DNA of 44,844 bases from an uncultured Microbacteriaceae bacterium. Its GTDB lineage: Bacteria; Actinomycetota; Actinomycetes; Actinomycetales; Microbacteriaceae. The notes under the pieces are model-generated. The model was not told the DNA's origin. It saw nothing but the letters and a program-made list of their open reading frames with translations, and made no database searches. Within the stretch, counting starts at the first letter, position 1; the number at the start of each line of letters is the position of its first letter. Of the stretch, positions 33,887 through 42,080 are shown piece after piece. Both the position numbers and the translations under genes were made by a program. The DNA is taken from contig CAYTSH010000001.1 of the NCBI GenBank assembly GCA_964440395.1, forward strand, positions 1-44,844, given 5' to 3'.

Positions 33887-35373
33887 GTCCGGCATCCACC
33901 ACAATTGTTTGGGTTCGCAACGACCTGCGCGTCGCCGATAATCCCGCCCTGCACGATGCCTGTGCAGACCCGGCCGCTCGCGTGATCGTGCTGTATGTGC
34001 GCGAAACGCAGCCCGAACCGGAGGGGCCGCGCCCGCCGGGTGCCGCGGCGCGGTGGTGGCTGCACCAATCGTTGGAACGGTTCTCGCAGCGGCTGCAGGG
34101 TGCCGGGGTTCAACTTGTGTTGCGCAGCGGTGATCCACGCGAGGTGCTGCCGCAGCTCGTTGCAGAATCTGGCGCGCAGCGCGTGGTGTGGAACCGCCGA
34201 TACACGGCGGCGCGGGCCACCGATGCGCAGCTGAAGGCGCAGCTGCGGGAACGGGGCATTTCGGTGCAAAGTTTTCAGGCAAATCTGTTGGTGGAGCCCT
34301 GGGCGGTCAGCACAGCGCAGGGCACCCCGTTTCGCGTCTTCACGCCGTTTTGGCGCGCGTGTCTTGCGCTGGGCGAACCTCGGCTCCCGCTGCCCGTTCC
34401 CGAACGCCTGCAGTTGTCTGGGGAGGCGGACGAAACCGCGGCGGGGTTCGGGAGACCGGCCGGGGCGGCGGCTGGAACGCTGGCCGGGGCGGCCACCGGG
34501 GCGGCCGATGTTGCGGTGTTGGCGAGCGAGCGGCTGACGGATTGGGATCTGCTGCCGACAAGCCCGGACTGGGCTGCCGGTTTGCGGCAAACGTGGCAGC
34601 CCGGCGAGGATGGTGCTGCAAAGCGCCTGTCGTGGTTTGTGCGGGAGGGTCTCGCGCAGTATCACCGCCGGGACGAGCCGGACGCCCCCGCAACGTCGTT
34701 TTTGAGCCCGTTTCTGCGTTGGGGTGAGCTGAGCCCGTTTCAGGTGTGGCATGCTGTGCGTGCGGCGAGTTCTGGTGCCGGGCGTGCAGACGATGCACAG
34801 TTGCAGAAGAACGTTGCCCGGTTTTTGAGCGAGATTGGCTGGCGCGAATTTCACGCGAATGTGGCGTTTTTCTTGCCGAACCTGCGTCAGGAACCGGTGC
34901 GGCCGGAGTTTGCGAGTTTTCCGTGGCGTGAGCCGTTCCCCGGCCAGCTTCGCGCCTGGCAGCGGGGGCAGACCGGGGTGCCGCTTGTTGATGCGGGGAT
35001 GCGGGAGCTGTGGCACACGGGTGTGATGCATAACCGGGTGCGCATGGTGGTGGCGAGTTTTTTGGTAAAGAACTTGTTGGTGGACTGGCGCATTGGCGAG
35101 GCCTGGTTTTGGGACACCCTGGTGGATGCTGACGAGGCGAGCAACCCGGGGAATTGGCAGTGGGTTGCCGGCTGTGGTGTCGATGCTGCCCCGTATTTCC
35201 GGGTGTTTAACCCGGTGCTGCAGCAGAAAAAGTTCGACCCGAACGATGCGTATGTGTCGCGCTGGGTGCCGGAGTATCTGACGTGGGAGTATCCCCGCCC
35301 GATCGTTGATCTGCTCGCTTCAAGGGCGGATGCCTTGGCCGCGTTCGAGAACATGCGCGCCTCCCAGCCGTAG
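33883..35373 (+). CDS. phr: Deoxyribodipyrimidine photolyase (cryptochrome/photolyase family)
   Basis: N-terminus: TIVWVRNDLRVADNPAL. FAD-binding region: …IGWREFH…, TGVPLVDAGMRELWHTGVMHNRVRMVVASFLVKNL and NWQWVAGCG. ATGA overlap with the upstream gene. Confidence 0.9.
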   Translation: MSPASTTIVWVRNDLRVADNPALHDACADPAARVIVLYVRETQPEPEGPRPPGAAARWWLHQSLERFSQRLQGAGVQLVLRSGDPREVLPQLVAESGAQRVVWNRRYTAARATDAQLKAQLRERGISVQSFQANLLVEPWAVSTAQGTPFRVFTPFWRACLALGEPRLPLPVPERLQLSGEADETAAGFGRPAGAAAGTLAGAATGAADVAVLASERLTDWDLLPTSPDWAAGLRQTWQPGEDGAAKRLSWFVREGLAQYHRRDEPDAPATSFLSPFLRWGELSPFQVWHAVRAASSGAGRADDAQLQKNVARFLSEIGWREFHANVAFFLPNLRQEPVRPEFASFPWREPFPGQLRAWQRGQTGVPLVDAGMRELWHTGVMHNRVRMVVASFLVKNLLVDWRIGEAWFWDTLVDADEASNPGNWQWVAGCGVDAAPYFRVFNPVLQQKKFDPNDAYVSRWVPEYLTWEYPRPIVDLLASRADALAAFENMRASQP

Positions 35374-35549
35374 TCGGCTCGCCACGCCCACGCCGCCGTT
35401 TGACCGCCGCTTCGCCGCCGGAAACATGGGGTAACTGTTCAGTGTTTGCCCGCTGTTTCCGCTAGGCTGGTGGTGTATCAACTGGCCAGCGAGTGCCCAG
35501 TGCGATTCGTCTGCTGGCAGCGCAGCACTGGGATGGGGAAGGCAGACAC

Positions 35550-36170
35550 ATGGTGTTGTTCAACTTTTGGGGTGGGCGCCGGAAGCAGGGTGCTTCGGGC
35601 GCATATCAGCCTGCCCCGCAGCCACCACCGGCGCCGGTGGATGAGGTGGTGCAGCAGGGTGTGATGATTGCTGAGGTTGCGGTTCGCATGGCGGCGAAGA
35701 ATTTCATCATCATTAATGCGATGGGTGATCAGGCTTCGTATGTTGCCGCGGATGTTGAGCGGGTTGTGCGGGCCGAGCTGCGTCAGGTTGCCGCGGAGAA
35801 GGTGGCTGACGCCTCTCGTATCCCTGAGCCGATTGCGAAGGGTGGTTGGTGGCGTCGGAGCAAGGGCGAGGTTGAGGACGTGTTTGGTATTGCTGGCGAT
35901 GCAAACGCGAATCGGCGCCGCTTGGTGTATCGAAAGTTGTCTGCCAAGTTGGATCGGTTGGCTCGGGATGAGGCGTATGTTTCGGATATTGCAGAACGTT
36001 CACGCCAGGATGCGTGGGATGAGTTGCGTAAATCGTTTGAGGTGATGCTGCGTGATCCGCTGCGTCAGCGGGTTGATGCACAGTATGCGGAGAAGCGTGA
36101 TGCCCGGATTCAGCACCTGTTGACGCGTGATCTCGCGAAGCTGGCGCGCCGGCAGGGTCGCGCGTTGTAG
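35550..36170 (+). CDS. Hypothetical protein, 206 aa (Pro-rich N-terminus, charged helical C-terminal half)
   Basis: The ATG at 35550 is preceded by GGGGAAGG. I recognise no motif. The composition is coding-like (MVLFNFWGGRRKQ…, …RLVYRKLSAKLDRLARDEAYVSDIAERSRQDAWDELRKSFE…). Confidence 0.5.
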   Translation: MVLFNFWGGRRKQGASGAYQPAPQPPPAPVDEVVQQGVMIAEVAVRMAAKNFIIINAMGDQASYVAADVERVVRAELRQVAAEKVADASRIPEPIAKGGWWRRSKGEVEDVFGIAGDANANRRRLVYRKLSAKLDRLARDEAYVSDIAERSRQDAWDELRKSFEVMLRDPLRQRVDAQYAEKRDARIQHLLTRDLAKLARRQGRAL

Positions 36171-36197
36171 CGCAGCCCGCGACCCTGCCCGGGCGGG

Positions 36198-36884
36198 TCA
36201 GCGTGCGGTGGCGTTGCGCAGCAGCAGGGGCAGCAGGCCGAAGACGATGAGGGTTCCGAGTGTGAGAGCGGCCAGGGGGAGCAGTGCGGCGTTCACGAAC
36301 ACGAGCAGGCCGAGTGTGACGAGTGTAATTGTCACGCCGAGTGCGGGGGTTTCACCGCGGAGCCATTGGGCGCCGAATATGGCACCCAACCCGGTGAAGA
36401 GTATGCTCATGCTGAATACTCGGGCACACAGGATCCACGGATCGCCATTGCCGAGGATGGTCACGTCGAAGGCGTGAATCTCCCCAAACCAGTGTCCGGT
36501 CAGGAGTTCGACCCCGAGCCCGAGCAGGCTAAGTAGCGTCATGTACGCACTGAACCCGAGCACGAACACGAGGGTGCCGGCGGCAAAGTTCCGTCTGGAG
36601 GTGCCGAATGCGAGGGCGAGGGGGAACGTGGCCGCCACTGCCTGCACGCCCATGTAGATCACGTAGCCGGCGAGGCTGAAGAAGAGCCCCGGATTGTTTC
36701 GAGAGAATTCTTCGTAGTCCGGGTCGAGCGGGGCGAGTCCGGTTTTTGCCCGAAAAATGAGGTTGACGATCACGCTAATCACTACGAAGAGCACCAGGGT
36801 GAGTGGCGCGCGCAGGAAGGTGAGCTCTCTCCTGGTGAGGTGCAGGCTGAGCGTGGGTGCTGGGTTGGGGAGTGCGGTGCGCAT
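36198..36884 (-). CDS. ABC-2-type / YtrC-like membrane component of the GntR-ABC operon
   Basis: 228 aa from the ATG at 36884, preceded by AAAGGA. About 6 TM helices. It lies downstream of the ABC ATPase on the same strand. The ORF-track extension to 36998 reads through an intergenic 36-bp duplication. Confidence 0.6.
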   Translation of the reverse strand: MRTALPNPAPTLSLHLTRRELTFLRAPLTLVLFVVISVIVNLIFRAKTGLAPLDPDYEEFSRNNPGLFFSLAGYVIYMGVQAVAATFPLALAFGTSRRNFAAGTLVFVLGFSAYMTLLSLLGLGVELLTGHWFGEIHAFDVTILGNGDPWILCARVFSMSILFTGLGAIFGAQWLRGETPALGVTITLVTLGLLVFVNAALLPLAALTLGTLIVFGLLPLLLRNATAR

Positions 36885-36914
36885 GTTGTGATCCTTTGTG
36901 TGGTGCTGTGCGGT

Positions 36915-36983
36915 GCCGTGCGGTGCCGTTTTTTGAAGGGGTGGTGCCGTGCCGTGCGGTGCCGTGTTTTGATGGGGTGGTGC
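36915..36983. repeat. Tandem duplication, 33-nt core with 36-nt period, between the ABC ATPase and the membrane gene
   Basis: GCCGTGCGGTGCCGTTTTTTGAAGGGGTGGTGC (36915-36947) and GCCGTGCGGTGCCGTGTTTTGATGGGGTGGTGC (36951-36983). Confidence 0.85.
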
Positions 36984-37026
36984 GGTGCGGGCAGCCAACG
37001 TTGCTGCCGGTGGGGTGGCTTGGTGG

Positions 37027-37998
37027 TTAAGCCGGCTGGGCGGTGTGGGCGCTGCGGTCGGATTTCCGCGTTTTCGCGCCGTAGGTGGTGACCACTTCTT
37101 GGAGGGTGGGTCGATTGATCAGGATGCTGTGCTCGGTTGCATTCGACGCCCCAATTCCAGCGTGCTCGAGTGCTGCCGTTCGGACGACGGCGTGCCCGAG
37201 TTGCCCCACGGTGCGTTGGTACAGTATCGCGGAGCTGCCCGCGGTGCTAACGATTCGGGCGAGTGCCGCGTCGAGTTCGCGAACGTGTCCGCTGAGCTGC
37301 GTGTGTTCGGCTGTGAGCGTGTCCGGGTTGCCCTGTGCGCTGATTTTTCCGTCGTTGATGATGAACACGTGTTCGAGGAGCGACTCCATTTCGTCGATGA
37401 GGTGGGTGGCGAGCACGAAGGTGCGTTCATGTTGCAGTTGCTCGTTGATGATGAGTTCGTTGAGTGTGAGTCGTCCGATTGCGTCGAGACCGAGTGCGGG
37501 TTCGTCGAGGAGCGTGATTTCGGCGCGGCTGGCCAGGCTGATTGTCATTGCGAGTGCGGTGAGTTGCCCACGGGAGAATTTACTCACCTGGGTTTTGGCG
37601 GGTAGGTCGAACGTTTCGGCGACGGTTTGGGCGACCACGGCATCCCATCGTGGAAAAAATTTGGGTGCGGTCTGTAGCACGTTTCGCAGTGTGAACGAGT
37701 CGGGGTAGCGCTGGTTGTCTCGAATGAAGCAGAACCGCTCGGGTTGATCCTGCGAACGGCTGGCGGTTGCGTGGGGATTGTGAACGTTGCCCGAGCTGGC
37801 CCGCCGGTGCCCCGCCATGATGCTGAACAGGGTGGTTTTGCCGGCGCCGTTTCGGCCGAGCACGCCTGTTATGCTTGCGGATTGTAGCTCGAGCGTGATG
37901 TTGTCGAGGACGCGTTTGCCTGCGAGGGTCGCGCTGACGCCGCTGAGTGCGAGCGCTGGCTGGGTGGTTGTGCGGCGGTGGTCAGTGCTGTGACTCAT
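37027..37998 (-). CDS. ABC transporter ATP-binding protein (YtrB-like)
   Basis: Walker A: GRNGAGKTT. Signature-like: FSRGQLTAL. Walker B: ITLLDEP. H-loop: LATHL. It overlaps the gntR stop by 17 nt. Confidence 0.88.
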   Translation of the reverse strand: MSHSTDHRRTTTQPALALSGVSATLAGKRVLDNITLELQSASITGVLGRNGAGKTTLFSIMAGHRRASSGNVHNPHATASRSQDQPERFCFIRDNQRYPDSFTLRNVLQTAPKFFPRWDAVVAQTVAETFDLPAKTQVSKFSRGQLTALAMTISLASRAEITLLDEPALGLDAIGRLTLNELIINEQLQHERTFVLATHLIDEMESLLEHVFIINDGKISAQGNPDTLTAEHTQLSGHVRELDAALARIVSTAGSSAILYQRTVGQLGHAVVRTAALEHAGIGASNATEHSILINRPTLQEVVTTYGAKTRKSDRSAHTAQPA

Positions 37999-38350
37999 GG
38001 TTTACTCCGTGATTGGTGATGGTGTTGATGAGGTCGTCCCGCGAGATGTGTATGAGTGCTGCTTCAGCGAGTATTGGCTCAACGAAGTTTTCGATGAATC
38101 GACTTCTGCGCTGCTCGAGTAACCGCTCGCGGGCGTCTTGCGCAACAAACATGCCTATTCCACGTTTTTTATAGAGGATGCCGGCGTCGGCGAGGGCGGT
38201 GACCCCATTTGCTGCCGTGGCCGGGTTGATTTGAAAGAACACCGAGAGCTCATTTTTTGATGGTATTTGGCTGTGCGCCGGGTAGGTGCCGCGGAGGATT
38301 CCTTCGCAGAGGTGCCGCGAAACGGCCTCAAAGATTGGTTCTGCGCTCAT
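37982..38350 (-). CDS. GntR-family transcriptional regulator, YtrA subfamily (short effector domain)
   Basis: 122 aa from the ATG at 38350. The winged HTH is …IPSKNELSVFFQINPATAANGVTALADAGILYKKRGIGMFV. It precedes an ABC ATPase and a membrane gene, as in ytrA-type operons. Confidence 0.85.
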   Translation of the reverse strand: MSAEPIFEAVSRHLCEGILRGTYPAHSQIPSKNELSVFFQINPATAANGVTALADAGILYKKRGIGMFVAQDARERLLEQRRSRFIENFVEPILAEAALIHISRDDLINTITNHGVNHESQH

Positions 38351-38395
38351 ATTCGCTTCCCGTGGTGGATTGTGCGGGTGGCTGTTTCTCAACCA

Positions 38396-38433
38396 CCAGA
38401 TTGGTTGGTTAGTCAACTAATCAACCAATCTGG
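38396..38433. promoter_or_regulatory. 38-bp near-perfect palindrome, candidate GntR/YtrA autoregulatory operator
   Basis: CCAGATTGGTTGGTTAGTCAACTAATCAACCAATCTGG. The outer 12-nt arms are perfect, and the inner TTAGT/ACTAA arms also pair. It lies 46-83 nt upstream of the gntR ATG. A further GTCAACTAG half-site is at about 38462. Confidence 0.6.
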
Positions 38434-38539
38434 CATCAGAGTATCAACGGGTGTACGGGTTGTCAACTAGTGTTCCGCAGCGAATGTTTGGGGATTGCAA
38501 GCCGTTGCATCTGGGCGAACTTGCCGAGCGGAATAGAAG

Positions 38540-38621
38540 CAATTCGCGGTATTTTGACCAATAATCGGTAGGTTTCGGCTCAAATTACCGCGAATTGGTC
38601 AAATTGCCGCGAATTGGTTCC
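38540..38621. repeat. Inverted plus direct repeats built on the core CCGCGAATTGG
   Basis: CAATTCGCGGTATTTTGACCAAT (38540-38562) is the reverse complement, at 21 of 23 positions, of ATTGGTCAAATTGCCGCGAATTG (38594-38616). Two direct 19-nt copies are at 38584-38602 and 38603-38621. Confidence 0.8.
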
Positions 38622-38685
38622 ATTCCGCGCGGCGCGGCAGGGTGCGACCGCCCCGCCTTGGTTGCGGGGTCGGTGGCGGCGGGCG

Positions 38686-38709
38686 GGTGGTGGTGGTGGT
38701 GGTGGTGGT
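38686..38709. repeat. Trinucleotide microsatellite (GGT)8
   Basis: Read directly. It is intergenic, 135 nt upstream of the SHOCT gene ATG. Confidence 0.95.
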
Positions 38710-38843
38710 GGGCGGGATTATCTGGACTTTTGCTTGAGATTCGCTGAGTGTTTGATCTTTTCGTGTCAAAGCTGTTCAAAAACAGTGACATGACCATGTG
38801 GCTGCGGTACATTGGTGTCACACATTCAAGCGAGGAGTTTCTC

Positions 38844-39248
38844 ATGATTATTCGTCGACGTGGTGGTTTGATTGGCGCAGCGGCTCGCACCGCAGTGGTT
38901 GTCGGCACCGCCAACGCAGTGAGCAACAAGCAAGCAAACAAGCACGCCGCTCAGCAGCAAGCGGCTGCGGATCAGGCTGCACAAGCGCAAGCCGCACAGG
39001 AGCAAGCGATCGCCACTCAGCAGGCCGCAGCTGAAGCGGCAGCACAGGCAGCCGCTGCACAGCAGGCCGCACTCCAGGCGCAACAAGCCCTGCAAGCGCA
39101 AGCAGTCGCTGCCCCCGCAGCCGCTCAGGCGGCGCCCGCCGCAGACGATGTGGTGGCAAAGATCGAGCGACTCGCCGGCCTGTTTGAAAGTGGCGCAATC
39201 ACGGCGGAAGAGTTCGCCGACCTGAAGCGTCGCGCACTCGGCGGATAG
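38844..39248 (+). CDS. SHOCT-domain protein with a Gln/Ala-rich low-complexity centre
   Basis: GAGGAG sits 8 nt upstream of the ATG at 38844. N-terminus: GLIGAAARTAVVVGTANAVSNKQ. The C-terminus …KIERLAGLFESGAITAEEFADLKRRALGG matches the SHOCT short C-terminal domain pattern. Confidence 0.65.
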   Translation: MIIRRRGGLIGAAARTAVVVGTANAVSNKQANKHAAQQQAAADQAAQAQAAQEQAIATQQAAAEAAAQAAAAQQAALQAQQALQAQAVAAPAAAQAAPAADDVVAKIERLAGLFESGAITAEEFADLKRRALGG

Positions 39249-39262
39249 GTTCGCGCCAACCA

Positions 39263-39306
39263 TTGAGGGCTTGCGCTTGCTTACCGCAGCGAACGCAAGC
39301 CCTCAA
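39263..39306 (+). terminator. Hairpin after the SHOCT gene (13-bp perfect stem)
   Basis: TTGAGGGCTTGCG (39263-39275) pairs with CGCAAGCCCTCAA (39294-39306). It is followed by AAAAAATTT. It may act for either of the convergent genes. Confidence 0.55.
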
Positions 39307-39412
39307 AAAATTTCGTGCGGGCACAAGACCCGTGGTGCAGCGCTCGCCGGCGTGAGTGCCGAGCCGCGCTGCAGCCGGCGCATCGATTCGCGGGTCACCC
39401 TAGCGGGCTGAG

Positions 39413-39520
39413 CCGGAACCCACCTGGCGCGTTTACCGGAACCCACCCTGCATGTCCGACCGGAACCCACCCGGCGCGTCCGACCGGAACCCACCCGGCA
39501 CGTTGACCCGAAACCCGGTC
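39413..39520. repeat. ~24-nt tandem repeat x4.5 (CCGGAACCCACCCGGCGCGTCCGA)
   Basis: Units are at 39413-39435, 39436-39459, 39460-39483 and 39484-39507, with a degenerate partial unit after that. The array is intergenic, between the SHOCT terminator and the 3' end of ctaB. Confidence 0.85.
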
Positions 39521-39543
39521 GGCTGCGGATGCTCGGTTGGTGT

Positions 39544-40503
39544 CTACGGAAGCACCGGTCCGATTGAGACCATGAGGCACAGCACCAGCACCATCACCAA
39601 CGAGAATCGGAACATTTTCTTCGCCCACGCATCGTCAGCGACCCGATCAGCGGGCGCTAATCCGCGCAACCCAATGAGCAACCAGTACAGGCCGAGTGCG
39701 CCCATCACCGCGGCATACACCCAACCCGTGTAGCCCAGCGGGGTGAGGAGCACCGTGGCAATTACGAACAGTGCCGTGTACACATACACCTGGATTTTGG
39801 TGTGCTGGATGCCTTTGACCACCGAAATGACGGGCACCCCGGCCGCCTTGTACTCGTCGTGACGATAGATTGCAATGGAATAAAACTCGGGCATTTGCCA
39901 GAAAAACATTGCCAGAAACGCGACAATTGCCCCCGCATCAACACTGCCGGTCACCCCAACGTAGCCGGCAAAAATAGGTGCCGCCCCCGAGACGCTGCCA
40001 ACGAGCGTGCCGTGGTAGGACAACCGTTTGGAGAGCATGCCGTAGAGCACCACGTAGACGACGAAGCCTGCCACGCCCGTTGCGACGACAAGCCAGTTCG
40101 TCCACGCCACTAACATGCCGATGCCGGTCAACCCGAGCACGATCGAAAACAGGGTGGCGTTTCGGGCGGCCACGCGGCCGGTCACCGTGGCCCGTTTCTT
40201 TGTCCGTTCCATGGCCGCGTCAATATCGCGATCCAACACGTTGTTGAGCACGGTAGCCGAGGCGATCACCAGGGTGGTGCCGACGAGCACAGCCAGGAAC
40301 AGCATCCAATCAATTGAGCCGCGGCTCGCCAAGAAAAAGCCGGCGGCAGCTGTCATGGCATTGCCGTAGAGCACCCCCGGTTTCGTGAGCGAATAGTACC
40401 GCGTTATGCGGTGCGAGAGGGACTCGCCATGGGCTTTGGCTGCGATGGCTCCGTCAGTGCCGTCGCCCTCGGTCGACACAAACGATGATGCGCGCGAGGA
40501 CAT
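39544..40503 (-). CDS. ctaB: Protoheme IX farnesyltransferase (heme O synthase)
   Basis: 319 aa, UbiA-family. Motifs: YYSLTKPGVLYGNAMTAAAGFFLA and the Asp-rich NNVLDRDIDAAMERTKKR. It has about 9 TM helices. Confidence 0.9.
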   Translation of the reverse strand: MSSRASSFVSTEGDGTDGAIAAKAHGESLSHRITRYYSLTKPGVLYGNAMTAAAGFFLASRGSIDWMLFLAVLVGTTLVIASATVLNNVLDRDIDAAMERTKKRATVTGRVAARNATLFSIVLGLTGIGMLVAWTNWLVVATGVAGFVVYVVLYGMLSKRLSYHGTLVGSVSGAAPIFAGYVGVTGSVDAGAIVAFLAMFFWQMPEFYSIAIYRHDEYKAAGVPVISVVKGIQHTKIQVYVYTALFVIATVLLTPLGYTGWVYAAVMGALGLYWLLIGLRGLAPADRVADDAWAKKMFRFSLVMVLVLCLMVSIGPVLP

Positions 40504-40582
40504 TGGAAACTGCTCCGATCAAGGGTTGGTCAGCTACCAATGATACCGCAAGATGCCGGGCGCGCGGTGCGGGGTTTGGCAC

Positions 40583-41911
40583 TCAAGCCGGGCGCGTTTC
40601 GGTGCCGCTCGCTTCGCTGGCGCCAGACGATGATTCGGCGTGTTGCTGCGGTCGCCGAAGCTTGAGCGCAAGTGCGAGTGAGATGAGCAGCATCAGCATG
40701 GGAATGAGTGCGGTGAGGATGACGAATGTGGCAACCGGATTCGATCCGGGATGCTCGCCGCTTTCATACCCAAAGAGCGTGCCAACCAGCCAAAACGAGA
40801 GTGCAGTCAGCAGCGCCGATGTTCGCACAATGAAATTACTCACCGCCATATAGATGCCCTCGCGGCGGCGGCCTGTTGCCTGCGCATCGCGGTCGATGAT
40901 TTGGCTTAGCACCAGGTTCGGAATCACGAAATGTCCAGCCAACCCGGCGCTCAACACCACGCCCGCAATGATGCCGCCGAGCAGATCGCGCGCGAAAAAT
41001 AATGGAACGACCGAGGCAATAAACCCCGCAATCGAAACGAGGTAGCAGGTGAGTGGCGTGGTGCGCTGCACCACGCGATACCAGAGGTACGCCATGGGAA
41101 TCACCGAAACAAACGTGGCCATGAGCAGCAGCGACACTGAGGCGTCGGCCAGGTGGAGCACGTATTTTGCGTAAAACGCGATGGTGGTTGAGATGAGGCC
41201 CAGCACGGCGGCGGAAAACATGAACGAGAGGTTGAACCACCAGAATGGGCCGTTACGGAGCGTTACCCGGAACGAGTCCAGTAAACCGAGCGGTTCGGCG
41301 GCGGCAGCGGCCGGATTTTCCCGCGTGAACGCCATCGAAATGATCATGAGCACCCCAAATGCTGCCGCATACAGCATTGCCATGCCCTGAAACCCAATTG
41401 CCTCGTAGAGCAGCGGGGTCAGCCCGGTGCCCACCAGCAACGCGATGATGTAACACACCTGCTGCACCAGGCTCGCCTTGGCGCGTTGCGTGTCCGAGGT
41501 GAAAAGTTCGGGCAGTAACGACAGGTAATTCACCGAAATGATCGCCATGCTCGCTTCGAACAGCAGCTGAAAAGACAGAAACCAGATGAACAGGCTGATG
41601 TCGTCGTCGAACCTGGGCGCGCTGTAGAGCAGCACGAAGCTCACGATGTAGACCGGAATCCCGGCAACGATCCACGGTTTGCGGCGCCCCCACCGGGTGC
41701 GGGTGCGGTCGGACAGGTAGCCGCTGACCGGCTGTACCGCGGCATCCCACACCACATAGATGCTGCGGCCAAGGGTGAACAGTGCCAACGGCAGCGCAAG
41801 TTTTTCCACATAGTAGTAGGTGTAAAACAGTGAGAACGCCGTGCTGGGCAGCATAATCGCAAGATTTGCCAGCCCAAAGTTGAGCGGGGAGTTTCGGAAC
41901 GTTGGCTTCAT
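40583..41911 (-). CDS. MFS transporter, glycoside-pentoside-hexuronide (GPH) cation symporter-like
   Basis: 442 aa with 12 TM helices. The N-terminal region …FGLANLAIMLPSTAFSLFYTYYYVEKLALP…SGYLSDRTRTRWGRRKPWIV is the typical GPH/MelB-like loop motif. Confidence 0.82.
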   Translation of the reverse strand: MKPTFRNSPLNFGLANLAIMLPSTAFSLFYTYYYVEKLALPLALFTLGRSIYVVWDAAVQPVSGYLSDRTRTRWGRRKPWIVAGIPVYIVSFVLLYSAPRFDDDISLFIWFLSFQLLFEASMAIISVNYLSLLPELFTSDTQRAKASLVQQVCYIIALLVGTGLTPLLYEAIGFQGMAMLYAAAFGVLMIISMAFTRENPAAAAAEPLGLLDSFRVTLRNGPFWWFNLSFMFSAAVLGLISTTIAFYAKYVLHLADASVSLLLMATFVSVIPMAYLWYRVVQRTTPLTCYLVSIAGFIASVVPLFFARDLLGGIIAGVVLSAGLAGHFVIPNLVLSQIIDRDAQATGRRREGIYMAVSNFIVRTSALLTALSFWLVGTLFGYESGEHPGSNPVATFVILTALIPMLMLLISLALALKLRRPQQHAESSSGASEASGTETRPA

Positions 41912-42080
41912 TGCGCATCCTCAGGCCGGCACCGACAGGCAATGTCGGTGGGGTGTTCTACACTGGTGGTATTCGCCCAAACGGGTCGACAGTAGCTTAG
42001 CGCCAGTTGTCGTTGTGTGCTGCGTTGCAGCGACTCGGGCGGATTCCAGACGCCCGCAACGTTTACAAGGATGTACGGCA

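Noticed and set aside
38585-38941. 118-aa minus-strand ORF encoding a His8 run.
   Set aside because: The His8 run is just the (GGT)8 microsatellite read in one frame. The ORF spans the low-GC repeat region and overlaps the well-supported SHOCT gene start on the other strand.
41841-42080. An 80-codon upstream extension of the C-N hydrolase-like gene.
   Set aside because: It overlaps the MFS gene start on the opposite strand and the divergent promoter region, and it looks non-coding (…CRWGVLHWWYSPK…). The ATG at 42081 has an AAGGA SD.
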